From contig OZ253553.1 in NCBI GenBank assembly GCA_965262715.1, forward strand, positions 2,560,001 through 2,624,000: a stretch of DNA of 64,000 nt, given 5' to 3'. Position 1 is the stretch's first letter; each line of letters opens with the position of its first letter. Below are positions 31,364-41,755 of this stretch, piece by piece. The notes beneath the pieces were generated by a model. It worked only from the letters and a program-made list of their open reading frames with translations. It did not search any database and had not been told where the DNA came from. A program made the translations under genes and the position numbers. The stretch comes from Bdellovibrionales bacterium (GTDB taxonomy: Bacteria > Bdellovibrionota > Bdellovibrionia > Bdellovibrionales > JAUICD01).

Positions 31364-31998
31364 TCACTCTGATTTTCATGTTTAAAAAAAATTTTCTTTG
31401 CAATTCTTCCTGAAGAACGACAGGATAAACCATCAACACTTGCTCCAATAACTCCACCAACAAAAGGAATTCCTTTACCTAGATTGATAATACCCTTCTC
31501 TCCAAACTTTGTGACCAACCTAAAACCTACAAGCCGGTTTATTTCTATTAAAGTTTTTCCACTGATTGAAGTAATAACTTTATGAGTGAGTTTTTCACCT
31601 ATTTTTACTCCCATTTTTTTAAAAATATCCATACATGCATCGCCAATTAAACAAGCATATGTTAGAGTCTTCACTTGCTCCTCAGAAGGATTATATCCTG
31701 ATATTTTTGCAATGATTGCAACCATACGCATTTGAATATAAAAAGATGCTGCTAATCCACAAGGAACGGCTACAGGTAAAGTGATTATTCCTCCTAAAGA
31801 AGATAAAAATCCAGAAGATGCATTTTTTGCTATAGCCCATTGAATGACAGATTCAATAGCTTTTTCTTTATTATTATTGTGATTGCTTAAATATTTTTCT
31901 GCTTCATCTTTTACAGGTGATGCGCCAGGCAATCCTTCTAAAGCATTATCATATATAGAATCCAAAATTTTAATGATGTTCTTTTTATTAATTTTCAT
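31360..31998 (-). CDS. EcsC family protein within the cas operon
   Basis: GFLSSLGGIITLPVAVP, YIQMRMVAIIA..GY, INRLVGFRLVTKFGEKGIINLGKGIPFVGGVIG; overlaps both neighbours. Confidence 0.85.
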   Translation of the reverse strand: MKINKKNIIKILDSIYDNALEGLPGASPVKDEAEKYLSNHNNNKEKAIESVIQWAIAKNASSGFLSSLGGIITLPVAVPCGLAASFYIQMRMVAIIAKISGYNPSEEQVKTLTYACLIGDACMDIFKKMGVKIGEKLTHKVITSISGKTLIEINRLVGFRLVTKFGEKGIINLGKGIPFVGGVIGASVDGLSCRSSGRIAKKIFFKHENQSE

Positions 31999-34900
31999 CT
32001 GACTTTGACTCCTTGGATTCTTTGTGATTCACATTGGTCTTGATTTGCATAGTTTTTAAGACTGCAAAAGGCTGGTTTGTCAAGTTTTTTGAATATGGAT
32101 TCTTTGAAGCTATTTTATGATGATTTCTTGATGAACCATTTTTTTGATCTTTTGTTTTATGCCATTGTTTCTTGATTTTGTATTGATTGTGTTTGCTTTG
32201 AGGGTTTTTGTGTTTAGCAACCCGTTGGTTATTTTTGTTTTGACCTTGCTCTTGTCCATAAAAACTTTTGCTATTATGTATTTGTTCTCTAGTTTCAGAT
32301 GGTAGAAACTTCCATTTTCCAATTTCACTACTATCTTTAATCTTTTTGGCAATGTTATAAGCTGCCACTTTATCAGGATCATTAATATCTTTAAGGAATT
32401 CAAATTTCTCATTATAGAAACTTGGCTTGACCTCTGGGGTATAGTCTTTTTCCCTTTCTTCTTCAGTTTTAAAAGCATAAGTATCAAATCCACATGACTG
32501 GCATCTAAAACGTTTTTGTTTAAATTTCTCGTCATTCTTTTCTTTGTGTGTCTGCTTTTCTTCACAATAAGGACAATTCTTGCTTGTGTTAAATTCATCT
32601 ACAAAAACAATAGCTCCAATTTGTGAAGATCTAATGGATTCCTTATTGTCTTTTTGTTGTTTCCGAACATCTTCTCTTAATTGAATGATGTCTTTAACAT
32701 GAGGAGGGACCAAACTCAAAGATTGAAATTTATTATATAGAGCGACTTCTAGCCTATTATAAATATTGTCATTTTCTTTAGTTTTTCCTTTTTCTAAATC
32801 TTCTAAAAGAATAAATCCAGGGTAAGTTTTATATAGATAAGAAATTACTCCTACTATATTAGCAGTAAGAGCATTTCGTAAGTGATTGATTTGTAAAATA
32901 CTCGGTGTATGTCTTTCATCTTGACTTTTTAGTTCATCAAGATAACGATTCAAATCTTTTTCAATGCATTTTTCAGAAATAATGTCTTTATATTTATTAC
33001 AATAGTGGTAAATAGCTGTTTCTGGGTCTTCTCTATTAGCCCCTATATTGATATTTAAAACTCCTTCTGGATGATGTTGTTTCGACTCCTTACCATTTTT
33101 ATATTCAAATTTATATTTACTCCATTCTAATTTTGCTGTTGAATCGACTTGCCCTTTACCATAAAGTTCATACAGTTTACGTTTAGCTGATACTTTTTTA
33201 AGCTTAAGGTAAGTCCTCACATCACCATTAATAACGATTTTTCCTTTAATGACTTTAGCTGTTGTCAAATCCAGACAAGAGGTAGGTTTGATGTCAAAAA
33301 GTGATTTGTATTTGTCATCTATAAAATAAGAAAGGTTGTCAATAGCTCTTTGATGTGTTTTTTCTCTCTGCTTTCCATCATCAAAAAGGATTTGATAGTT
33401 ATAATCTTTCAAAGTGTAGCATTCAATAGAAGCAAGTTTTGATTTTACAACTTTTTTGTCATTAGCTTCATAAATATCTTGATCAAGATTAAATTGAGCA
33501 AGGCATAAGGTCGCAAGTTCAGTTTGGCCTCTATCAATTCCATACTTCCAAGCTGTTTTAAAATCTTTTTCAGAATTGAACTTTGCATTGAAACCATTTA
33601 TTTTTTCGCATAAGTCTTCAGGCTTGGCAAAGGCCAAATCTTCATATTTGTTGCCTGCATTGAGTGCTAAGGTCAATCCTATTGTCAACTGTTCCTGTTT
33701 CTTTCGGTGCTTAAACTTAGTAGGAAAATCTTTGTTGTTAAGGTATTTTTCCAAAGCATCATCAGCCCTCCGGTATCTGATTTTAACTTCAGGATTGAGT
33801 CGTACCTCTCCAACAGGAAAGTTTTTCACTGTTGCGGTTTTATCTGGTTTATCAATATTTTCCCAAAACACTTTCCACAAATCGGTATGATATTTATTTT
33901 TACTAGCAGGTGTTTGATGTGTGTTTTTATTCCTGCCTTCTAGATCATAAGAAGTCATATTTAAGACTGTCACATCATGATTTTTGATAAAGTTTTGTTT
34001 TTCTTCCTCATTAAGAGGTATTTCTTTAACGTGGTAGCAAGCACGTTCTAAAGCTTTTTCAAACTCATTAAACTCCTCAGTTTGATGTACCTCTTGCAAG
34101 TTACTAAAATGTTTAAGCTGTAGGGTCTTTTTTTCATCACTTTCAGGTAATCCCTGTTGCCATTCTAGTACTTTTTTAAAAAATTTTAATTCCTCTTCCT
34201 TTTTTCTTTCTCTTTTTTGTTCACTACTTTGAGAGAATGCTTGATTATTACTCTCTTTTTTATTGATTGCTTTGGTTTTTGTTCGAAGATCTTTTAAGTA
34301 GTCTGGCATTGCTTCAACAAAAGTGCTTTGTTCTGCAAAGCAGAGTTTATGTAAGGCTCTCATAGTTAGGGATTCAAAACAGCAAAGATATGGACATCCT
34401 AAACTGTTGTTTTGTTCAGCAAGTTCATTAATATCTTTCTTTGCATCTTGCATTTTGTCTTTAGGTATAAGCCATAGTTTTTTATGATCATTTTCTACAT
34501 AGATCAAACTCCAATAGCTTGTTTGCTTTGCTTCTTCTTTTTCTTTTTCAATGCCTTTAATTTGAGCAATAAGTTTACCTAGTTCTTGTGCTACTTTTTT
34601 GTAACCTTCACAAAAGTTTCCATATTCTGCGAAATAGCAATTTTTGCCAAATAGAAAGTCCCTCCCTCTTTTTTTTGCTGTATCTCTCTTTTTTTGACTA
34701 TCTTGTTCTTGTTCTATATTTCGAGTTAATTCTATAAATTCGTTGTATTTTTCTTCAGCTTTTCCTGTATAATACTTATTTTTATGCTTATTATCGAATT
34801 GAAACAAAGAAAAAGTTTGATTAATCCCTTCAAGATCAAACTGCTCATAACCTAGTTTATATTCTTTAAGTAAATGATTTTTTTTGACTTCATAACTACT

Positions 34901-35992
34901 ACCACTTTTTTTATCACTGGCAATGTGTTTCATCACTTCATAAAAAATAGATTTTTGCTCTGCTTTAAAAGCTTTCATAGCATGGTAAGTTTGATCTAAG
35001 GAAAGCTCCACTCTATTTTGAAGATCGCCTTTTATTTTATATTCATTGCTTTCGTCTTTATTGTACTTATCAATATACCTTTCAAGCCATTTCTTTTCTA
35101 AATCACTCTTAAAGGTAAGTATTTTTTGATCTTTTTGGCCATTTTTATTTAAAGTATGCCAAATATAACCATTTTTATTTTCTATTTTTGAGCAACATTC
35201 TTCATACCTTCTTTTTTCTAATTTTGCTAATTTATTCTCATAATAATCTTTTGGTTTTTTGTTAACGGTGTAATAATTAAAGCTTGCTTTGGCAATTTCA
35301 ATGCCGGAGGAGTCAGAGGAAAGATAGATTTGCTCTGCTGTTTTTAGATCTTTTTGTAATTGCTCTAAATCACTTTTTAAGCTTTTAATTTGATTATCTA
35401 AATTTGATTCAGATGTATGAGCTTCATTTAAAAAAGCTTGAATATAAGGTAGTCTTTTATTATTTAAAAACCATCTAATGAGATAAGCTATATCACTATG
35501 ACGCGCTTGAAATTCTTTTAGCTGTTGAGAGTATCTTTTAAGCTGATCTACTTTCTCTTTCCAATTCTCAAGCCACTTTTTTAAACTTTCATCTTCATGT
35601 ATGAGTTCTAATTCCTGAAGTTTGTACTTACCATCTTTATTTCTTAGATTCTTGATGGAAGCATGAAAGATATTTTTATGCCAAACTTTTAGCCAATTTT
35701 TACTTACAGATAACTTCTTATTGAATTTTGGTTCTTTATTTTTGGCATCCTCTTTATCATCATCATCTGTTTTGTGAGAAAAAAACAATAATTTTCCTAG
35801 ACCTGTATAAACTTTCAATAAAAGATTAGATAATTCAGGTATATCAACTTGAGATTTATCCCATTGTAGTTTTTTTTGAAAACATTGACTTTGGCTTTGT
35901 GGCTTAACTTTAAAACGGATGGCGCGGGTGTATTGATAAGGATTATCAAAACCATTTTCTTTTAGAGTAGTAGTAGAACTTTCTTCCTTCAT
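31988..35992 (-). CDS. Cas12a2/Cms1-related type V effector, Smithella-like clade (Cas12a3-like)
   Basis: YTRAIRFK start; SSGIEIAKASFNYYTVNKK; FESLTMRALHKLCF; RLNPE; RuvC GIDRGQTELATL / LLEDL / DPDKVAAYNIA; DLTTAKVIKGKIVINGD; Zn ribbon CPYC...CQSC. Confidence 0.88.
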   Translation of the reverse strand: MKEESSTTTLKENGFDNPYQYTRAIRFKVKPQSQSQCFQKKLQWDKSQVDIPELSNLLLKVYTGLGKLLFFSHKTDDDDKEDAKNKEPKFNKKLSVSKNWLKVWHKNIFHASIKNLRNKDGKYKLQELELIHEDESLKKWLENWKEKVDQLKRYSQQLKEFQARHSDIAYLIRWFLNNKRLPYIQAFLNEAHTSESNLDNQIKSLKSDLEQLQKDLKTAEQIYLSSDSSGIEIAKASFNYYTVNKKPKDYYENKLAKLEKRRYEECCSKIENKNGYIWHTLNKNGQKDQKILTFKSDLEKKWLERYIDKYNKDESNEYKIKGDLQNRVELSLDQTYHAMKAFKAEQKSIFYEVMKHIASDKKSGSSYEVKKNHLLKEYKLGYEQFDLEGINQTFSLFQFDNKHKNKYYTGKAEEKYNEFIELTRNIEQEQDSQKKRDTAKKRGRDFLFGKNCYFAEYGNFCEGYKKVAQELGKLIAQIKGIEKEKEEAKQTSYWSLIYVENDHKKLWLIPKDKMQDAKKDINELAEQNNSLGCPYLCCFESLTMRALHKLCFAEQSTFVEAMPDYLKDLRTKTKAINKKESNNQAFSQSSEQKRERKKEEELKFFKKVLEWQQGLPESDEKKTLQLKHFSNLQEVHQTEEFNEFEKALERACYHVKEIPLNEEEKQNFIKNHDVTVLNMTSYDLEGRNKNTHQTPASKNKYHTDLWKVFWENIDKPDKTATVKNFPVGEVRLNPEVKIRYRRADDALEKYLNNKDFPTKFKHRKKQEQLTIGLTLALNAGNKYEDLAFAKPEDLCEKINGFNAKFNSEKDFKTAWKYGIDRGQTELATLCLAQFNLDQDIYEANDKKVVKSKLASIECYTLKDYNYQILFDDGKQREKTHQRAIDNLSYFIDDKYKSLFDIKPTSCLDLTTAKVIKGKIVINGDVRTYLKLKKVSAKRKLYELYGKGQVDSTAKLEWSKYKFEYKNGKESKQHHPEGVLNINIGANREDPETAIYHYCNKYKDIISEKCIEKDLNRYLDELKSQDERHTPSILQINHLRNALTANIVGVISYLYKTYPGFILLEDLEKGKTKENDNIYNRLEVALYNKFQSLSLVPPHVKDIIQLREDVRKQQKDNKESIRSSQIGAIVFVDEFNTSKNCPYCEEKQTHKEKNDEKFKQKRFRCQSCGFDTYAFKTEEEREKDYTPEVKPSFYNEKFEFLKDINDPDKVAAYNIAKKIKDSSEIGKWKFLPSETREQIHNSKSFYGQEQGQNKNNQRVAKHKNPQSKHNQYKIKKQWHKTKDQKNGSSRNHHKIASKNPYSKNLTNQPFAVLKTMQIKTNVNHKESKESKSDEN

Positions 35993-36389
35993 ATTTTTCT
36001 CTTCATTAGTTTCATTTAACTAGGCCTTAAAAATATGTAGTCTTTCTGTAAGCATAATAATATGAATAGGCACAAAGTAATGCTTCTAAGTATGCTTTGT
36101 TTTATACAAGCCATTTGCTTTGAATGTCCTTTCATTTATTTTTGTTAAGTAGAAGAAAAACTGTGATGTTAAGAATCTTGTGATTTAAAAAAGATACTAT
36201 GTTTAATTATCGGTAAGATATAGGCGATTCTTTATTATTTGATGAGGTTTTCTTTTAAGATAATAAATAACAATAAAATTATTAACTTTTCTAATTATAA
36301 AACATATTTTTTAGGAGACTTGTATTGTTTTGATAATTAGAAGCAACAAAAGAAGTTTTATATTTTATAGTTATCTCTTTTAATTGTAA

Positions 36390-36752
36390 TTATTTACTTA
36401 AGGGTTCTAAGAGGGACCACTTAGAAGGAAGGCTGCTAGTGAATTTGATACCCTTATTGATCCACACTATCAGATCTTCTTCAAATTCGATACCTTCTGG
36501 GTCTACAAGCACCCATCCTTTCACTATTCGACCACTCATGTTAGCAAGGCTGGTGTATGGTTCTGCAAGTATCTCATCGTGTTTCTTTTTGTCACATCGG
36601 ACGAGTAGCGATCCTTTCTTCCACGTGCCAACACATATATTGCCATTGAGCATAAAACAGACACTACCAAACATTTTTTTTTCAGAGAACAACCCCTTCC
36701 GTCTTGAAAGGATGGATCGTATGCGTTCAATTAGCACTTCATCGTTTTTCAT
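36390..36752 (-). CDS. TfoX N-terminal domain protein
   Basis: EKKMFGSVCFMLNGN, LLVRC, MSGR..KGWVLV, W...GIKF. Confidence 0.85.
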   Translation of the reverse strand: MKNDEVLIERIRSILSRRKGLFSEKKMFGSVCFMLNGNICVGTWKKGSLLVRCDKKKHDEILAEPYTSLANMSGRIVKGWVLVDPEGIEFEEDLIVWINKGIKFTSSLPSKWSLLEPLSK

Positions 36753-36864
36753 GGATCTCTTGTTTACTTAGAGTTTTCTTTTATGTCAATTTTTAACTAG
36801 AGGCCACCTCAAAAATCCTGAATTTATTACAAATAAAGGAGAAGAATTATTGATATTAATGAAA

Positions 36865-37486
36865 CTAACTTAAGAATAATTTTTTTGCGGCTTTGCCAGA
36901 AGCATAACAAGATGAACCATCAACATTTGCTCCAATAATCCCAGAAACAAAAGGAATACCTTTTCCTAGATTTATTATACCTTTCTCTCCAAACTTTGTA
37001 ATCAATCTAGTACCTACAAAGCGATTTATTGTGTTTAAAGTTTCCTTGTTTATTGAAGAAATAACTTTATGAGTTAATTTTTCACCTATTTTTATTCCAA
37101 TCTTTTTTAAAGGTTCTGTACACAGATCACCAATTAAACAACAATAAGCAAGTGTTTTTACTTGATCTTCAGATGGTTTATATCTTGATATTTTTGCAAT
37201 AATTGCAATCATATGCATTTGAATATAAAAAGATGCTGCTAATCCGACAGGAATGGCTATAGGTAAAGTAATCAATCCTCCTATAGAAGATACAAATCAA
37301 AATATTGAACTTTTTGTTAAATGCCATCGAATAACAGAGTCAATGGTTTCCTTTTTTTTTATTATTGCTATTTTTTAAATATTTTTCTGCCTCTTTTTCT
37401 ACAGCTGATGTGCCATGCAAGCCTTCTATGACATTGTCATATATAGGATCAAGAGCCTTGATAATATTGCCTTTATTAACTTTTAT
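36865..37486 (-). pseudogene. EcsC family pseudogene, paralog of 31360..31998
   Basis: Full-length similarity; ATA at the start position (37484-37486), +1 frameshift at the A9 run near 37355, and an in-frame TGA near 37298. Confidence 0.85.
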
Positions 37487-37531
37487 ATTATTCTTCCTAC
37501 AACTTTAATTTAAGAAAGATTGGAGATTGAT

Positions 37532-40500
37532 CTAAGAAGATTTTCTTAGTTTATAATTTTTTGGGAAACATCTTTTTTTTGACCTCCCAACTACTTTCTC
37601 CGATTGAACGTAATTTTGCCATTTGTTCTTTTTAACAGCTCCTAATTTTAATTTTTCAATATCTTCTGACTTTTTGATTTCCTCTAAAATACAAATACCT
37701 TTCCTTGCAATGTTGTAAGCACCATTGGCATCTGAATCTACCGGCAATTTTGCAGTTTTAATTTCACCGACATACCGACTATCAAAAAAAGGTTCAACAG
37801 GTGAGAGAATATAATCCAAATCACCATCATTAACTCGTATATTCAAAATAGCATTAAAATACCTGGCCATCTGCTCATGCAAATCAACATTATTATTTTG
37901 TGCAAGCTGTCCTTTAATACACTTGCCATCTTGATAGCTGATCTCATGCTTTTTTAATAAACTGACTAGCTCTTTATGAAGATCATAGACATGAGTTATT
38001 TTCTTATCTCTATCATAATAAGAGCGGGTCACATTACTGCATACAGTCCACTCTTTTCTTTTAACTTCAAGATCTTCTTTTTGTTGTCTTCCAGATTGCT
38101 TCACTTTGCTAATATCATAGGTAAACTCAAAATAATCTTCCTTTGTATTAAACTGAATGCTATTAAAACTATTCCAAAAACTTTGAGAATCCTTTAAATT
38201 TGTATAACTATAATGAGTATTTTTTAAAAACCCTGTAATAGGATCTGTTGTTGATGTATAGCTAGCTGTTGTATAAAATAAAATACCGCTCTGTTTGCCC
38301 AATTTTTCAAAACTTTTAAATGGTGCAGCTAGTTGATAAGCCTTAAGATAATGACCAGACTGCCCTTTAGGTGCATTCTTAAAAACTAAATAATTTAGTT
38401 TATCTATAAGCGTCTTTTCAAACTTTTGGTAGACTTGCTTTTCAACTTTAAAACGTCCTCGCTTAAATCCAAAATTTAAATCCTCTAAAACAACGATGGC
38501 ATTATATTTTATGATAAGCTGTGAAAGTTTATGAACCACTTGTGATAGATAACCGTCCTTTAATTCCTTGATGTTTTTAATGTGAAACCAATTCTTTCTA
38601 GCACTATCTCTTTCTTTTCCCTTCTCATCTAGCTTTTTATGGTAATCAATAGCTTTACCCGTATGAGTATTTGTAATGCTATTAAGAGTGTCTTGCTCTA
38701 TAATATCACCATTTTGATTGATAATAGAATAATAAAGTAGGTTTTTTTCTCCTCTGTCAATACCAATGATATTAACCTTACTATGCTGCTTTTTTAAAAA
38801 CTTGTTTATCTCTATATTGGTATCTTTATTTTGTGGATTATTAGGCCGTTTGTAATTAAGAGTGATTGGAACATGAAAGAAAAACTTATCCTCACTATAC
38901 CTGCGGTCTTTTAATATAGGATATTTGAATTTTCCTTTTAAACTTTCTGTATGGTGTCCCTCTGTTTTTTGTTTGTCTGTATATTTAATAGAAGCTGGAC
39001 GGAAGAAAATCTCTGCTTTACCATTTAACTTAATCGTATCACCTTGACTTTTTGCTTTGCCGTTGAAAAGCCGAATGACTTTACCTTCATTTTTCTCTTG
39101 AAATAGACCTTTCCAGTACAGAGTATGAAGGTTATCCTTACCTTTTGATTTTTTGTTTAAAGAAAAGTCTTTGTTATAAATCTCAAAAAAATACAGCCAA
39201 CCTTTTTCTATACAGTAATGAATGTAGTCTACGGATACATCCTGAAATGTGACTTTGTAACCTTGATGTTCTACTTCACGATAAAAATCACTTAAATCAT
39301 TATAGCTTTCTGTGCGAGAAAACTTGAAGTTAAAATGTTTCCAGTCCGAATGCTTTAAAATAGAAGCTTTGAAGAAGTCAATCACTTTGTACATATCGTG
39401 TTGATTAAACTCCTTCTTTTTAAATTCACTTTTAGGCTGTCCATCCTTTGTATGACTAGCATGATTAATTATTTTTAAAATCTCTTTTGAAGGAGAGTAA
39501 TCTTTAATATTCTTTTTGCTAAAAAAGACTTTAGGTAGCATTTTGTTAGCACCCGGTAAGAGTTTATAAACCATCTTCTGGTAGTTGCCATTCTCTTTTG
39601 AAGAAAGATGTGTCTTTTTATCTTTAAGTTCAGTGATTCTTTTTTGATGTTCTTCTAATTTATTTTTAATTTTTTGATAAACTAGAGCACCTTCCTTTTT
39701 TGTATTAAGTAGCTCTTCATCTTTTAATATTAATTCTCTATATGTTGTGATTTGGTTTTTTATTTCTTTAAAATCTATATTCTCAAACAAAGTCCTATGC
39801 TTTTTATCCATAACTCCAAGAAAGTACTGTTGATCTTTGATAAACAGTACGCAGCTATTATCTACTTCTTTATTTTGATCCCAGCCATTTGCAAGTGTAG
39901 GGTTTGCAAAATTAACTTTGACTTTATCCTTACTATAAGGCTTTTGCGTGATCCAATTGCGAGCCTTATTGTAAAGATGCATAACGCCAAACTGATCACT
40001 AAATGTTTGAAGAAACTCTTGCCACCTTTCACCTTCACTACTTTGCTCTTGTTCTTTTAAAAAGTCTTTTTCTCTCACTTGTAAAGTTCTCACAAAACTG
40101 GATAAACTAAGGCAGGCATCAAGAAAGTTTTGTATTAAAGCAATCTGTTCCTTTCGCTTTTTTGGTTTTTTGCTAAGTTCATCAAGGTTTAAAATACCCT
40201 CTTTATTTAATTTATCAAAAGATTCTTTGATACTAAAAATCTTCTGACCATTTTGATCCTTTCTTACTTCTCCGCTGATCAATGCTTTTAATTCTGTATT
40301 GATATAATCCCTGATCAATTTTTCAAGCTTCCATTCTTGCCATTTTTTTGTTATGAGACTTTTGTTTTCTTCTTGAATATAGCTAAAAATATCTTGGATT
40401 TCTTTAAATGATAAAAGCTTCTTCTTATATTCTTTAGTTTGATGGCTTTTAGAAAGATTGTGTTTTCCAGTGATATGCTTCTGCCACCAAAAGTTTAAAG

Positions 40501-41755
40501 TGTTCCAGTGACCACAAGTTTCTATAGATAGGCTTTTTATTTTTGCTCTACTGAGATAATGAAACTTTAAGTCAGTTTCTTCTAATAAATTCAAATGGTT
40601 TTTGATCTCTTTTTGTAAAAGACTTGGTAACTTCTTTTTTTTATTATGAAACATTTTAATGGTATTTAAAAATTCCTCGTCACTATCAAATACATCCATA
40701 AAGACACTGTCATCTTCACTAAGGATTTGTTTGTAGAATTGCTGCATGCCAGGAAAAGACTTGCGATCAGACTGGTTTTTTTGATAAGTTAAATTAATGA
40801 TTTCATTTAGGCCTTGCACTTTTTGAGTACCAGCCATTGCAGGACTGCCGCCTAAAATTTCATTGTATTTATCAATACCCGATTGAGAGAAGTAATTAAG
40901 AAAACCAGCAGGTTTAAATAGTTCATTGAGTTTAACTGTAACCTGTTTTTCTAAGGTGTTGATTTCTTTTTGAAAGTTCTTTTTGTTGGTGCTTGAGACT
41001 TCATTTAGACTTTTAGTGATTGTTTGCCATTTTTGGATATTCTTAAAATGAAACGGTAAATTTTGCTCAAACAAACGATAGGCTATAGATGTTGAATGAA
41101 GATTCTTACAGTCATAAATATTCTCACGGTTATCATGAAATCCTTCAAAATAAGTACTGAAACTCTCAAAAGGTTCACAGCTTTTTTCTAATTCATCTTT
41201 GGTATATGGAGTTTTATCCCTTTTTTGAACTTCAATAACCTTATCATCTCTGTTTTGATCTTCTTCTATTATAGTTTTTAAAACTTTAAAAATGGAAGCT
41301 GAAAGCAATAACTTAATGCCTTTCTTTTTCTTATTAAGTGAGTATTTAGACTCCCAATCATTAATAGTGTCATTAAAAAGATCTCCTAACTTTTTAGCTT
41401 GCTTTTTTTGATGGCCTTGATAGTTTTTATGATTTTCCTTTCTTTTTTCCCATGCTTTATAAAAATCATCTAGAAGTTTATTGTTAAATGTCTTTTTAAC
41501 TCGACTTTCAAGTAATGCTTCCCTTATAAACTGTCTATGCACATCATCTAATATTTCTTTCATGACTTTGTAATCTTCAGCTCGCTTTGCATCTTCACCA
41601 AAAATCTCATTGCTGTTTTTTTGCCATGTAGCTCCAATTATTCCTGCTGTTTTAATATGCTTTGTTGTGTTTCCAATAGGTCTAAGTTCAAATTTTAGAG
41701 TTTTATTTAAAGAATATTGATGGGTGAATTGATCAAAAATACTATTACTGCTCAT
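37532..41755 (-). CDS. cas12a: Type V-A effector Cas12a (Cpf1)
   Basis: FTHQYSLNKTLKFELRPIG, GWDQNKE, YKLLPGANKMLPKVFFS, IIGIDRGE, VLEDLNFGFKRGR, DSDANGAYNIARKG. Confidence 0.97.
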   Translation of the reverse strand: MSSNSIFDQFTHQYSLNKTLKFELRPIGNTTKHIKTAGIIGATWQKNSNEIFGEDAKRAEDYKVMKEILDDVHRQFIREALLESRVKKTFNNKLLDDFYKAWEKRKENHKNYQGHQKKQAKKLGDLFNDTINDWESKYSLNKKKKGIKLLLSASIFKVLKTIIEEDQNRDDKVIEVQKRDKTPYTKDELEKSCEPFESFSTYFEGFHDNRENIYDCKNLHSTSIAYRLFEQNLPFHFKNIQKWQTITKSLNEVSSTNKKNFQKEINTLEKQVTVKLNELFKPAGFLNYFSQSGIDKYNEILGGSPAMAGTQKVQGLNEIINLTYQKNQSDRKSFPGMQQFYKQILSEDDSVFMDVFDSDEEFLNTIKMFHNKKKKLPSLLQKEIKNHLNLLEETDLKFHYLSRAKIKSLSIETCGHWNTLNFWWQKHITGKHNLSKSHQTKEYKKKLLSFKEIQDIFSYIQEENKSLITKKWQEWKLEKLIRDYINTELKALISGEVRKDQNGQKIFSIKESFDKLNKEGILNLDELSKKPKKRKEQIALIQNFLDACLSLSSFVRTLQVREKDFLKEQEQSSEGERWQEFLQTFSDQFGVMHLYNKARNWITQKPYSKDKVKVNFANPTLANGWDQNKEVDNSCVLFIKDQQYFLGVMDKKHRTLFENIDFKEIKNQITTYRELILKDEELLNTKKEGALVYQKIKNKLEEHQKRITELKDKKTHLSSKENGNYQKMVYKLLPGANKMLPKVFFSKKNIKDYSPSKEILKIINHASHTKDGQPKSEFKKKEFNQHDMYKVIDFFKASILKHSDWKHFNFKFSRTESYNDLSDFYREVEHQGYKVTFQDVSVDYIHYCIEKGWLYFFEIYNKDFSLNKKSKGKDNLHTLYWKGLFQEKNEGKVIRLFNGKAKSQGDTIKLNGKAEIFFRPASIKYTDKQKTEGHHTESLKGKFKYPILKDRRYSEDKFFFHVPITLNYKRPNNPQNKDTNIEINKFLKKQHSKVNIIGIDRGEKNLLYYSIINQNGDIIEQDTLNSITNTHTGKAIDYHKKLDEKGKERDSARKNWFHIKNIKELKDGYLSQVVHKLSQLIIKYNAIVVLEDLNFGFKRGRFKVEKQVYQKFEKTLIDKLNYLVFKNAPKGQSGHYLKAYQLAAPFKSFEKLGKQSGILFYTTASYTSTTDPITGFLKNTHYSYTNLKDSQSFWNSFNSIQFNTKEDYFEFTYDISKVKQSGRQQKEDLEVKRKEWTVCSNVTRSYYDRDKKITHVYDLHKELVSLLKKHEISYQDGKCIKGQLAQNNNVDLHEQMARYFNAILNIRVNDGDLDYILSPVEPFFDSRYVGEIKTAKLPVDSDANGAYNIARKGICILEEIKKSEDIEKLKLGAVKKNKWQNYVQSEKVVGRSKKRCFPKNYKLRKSS

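Noticed and set aside
35993..36389. Possible tracrRNA or scoutRNA upstream of the Cas12a3-like gene
   Set aside because: No anti-repeat found by eye, and Cas12a-family enzymes process crRNA without one.
37531..37540. TCTAAGAAGA at the cas12a stop, and similar 10-mers at ~43081-43110, resembling the repeat 5' end
   Set aside because: Only about 10 nt and no TCTAC/GTAGA hairpin; not enough for a mini-array or anti-repeat.
30234..40060. Antisense or alternate-frame ORFs inside cas genes and tfoX (30234, 30923, 32110, 33576, 33707, 36439, 36536, 37976, 39752)
   Set aside because: Shadow ORFs of well-supported genes, with no motifs.
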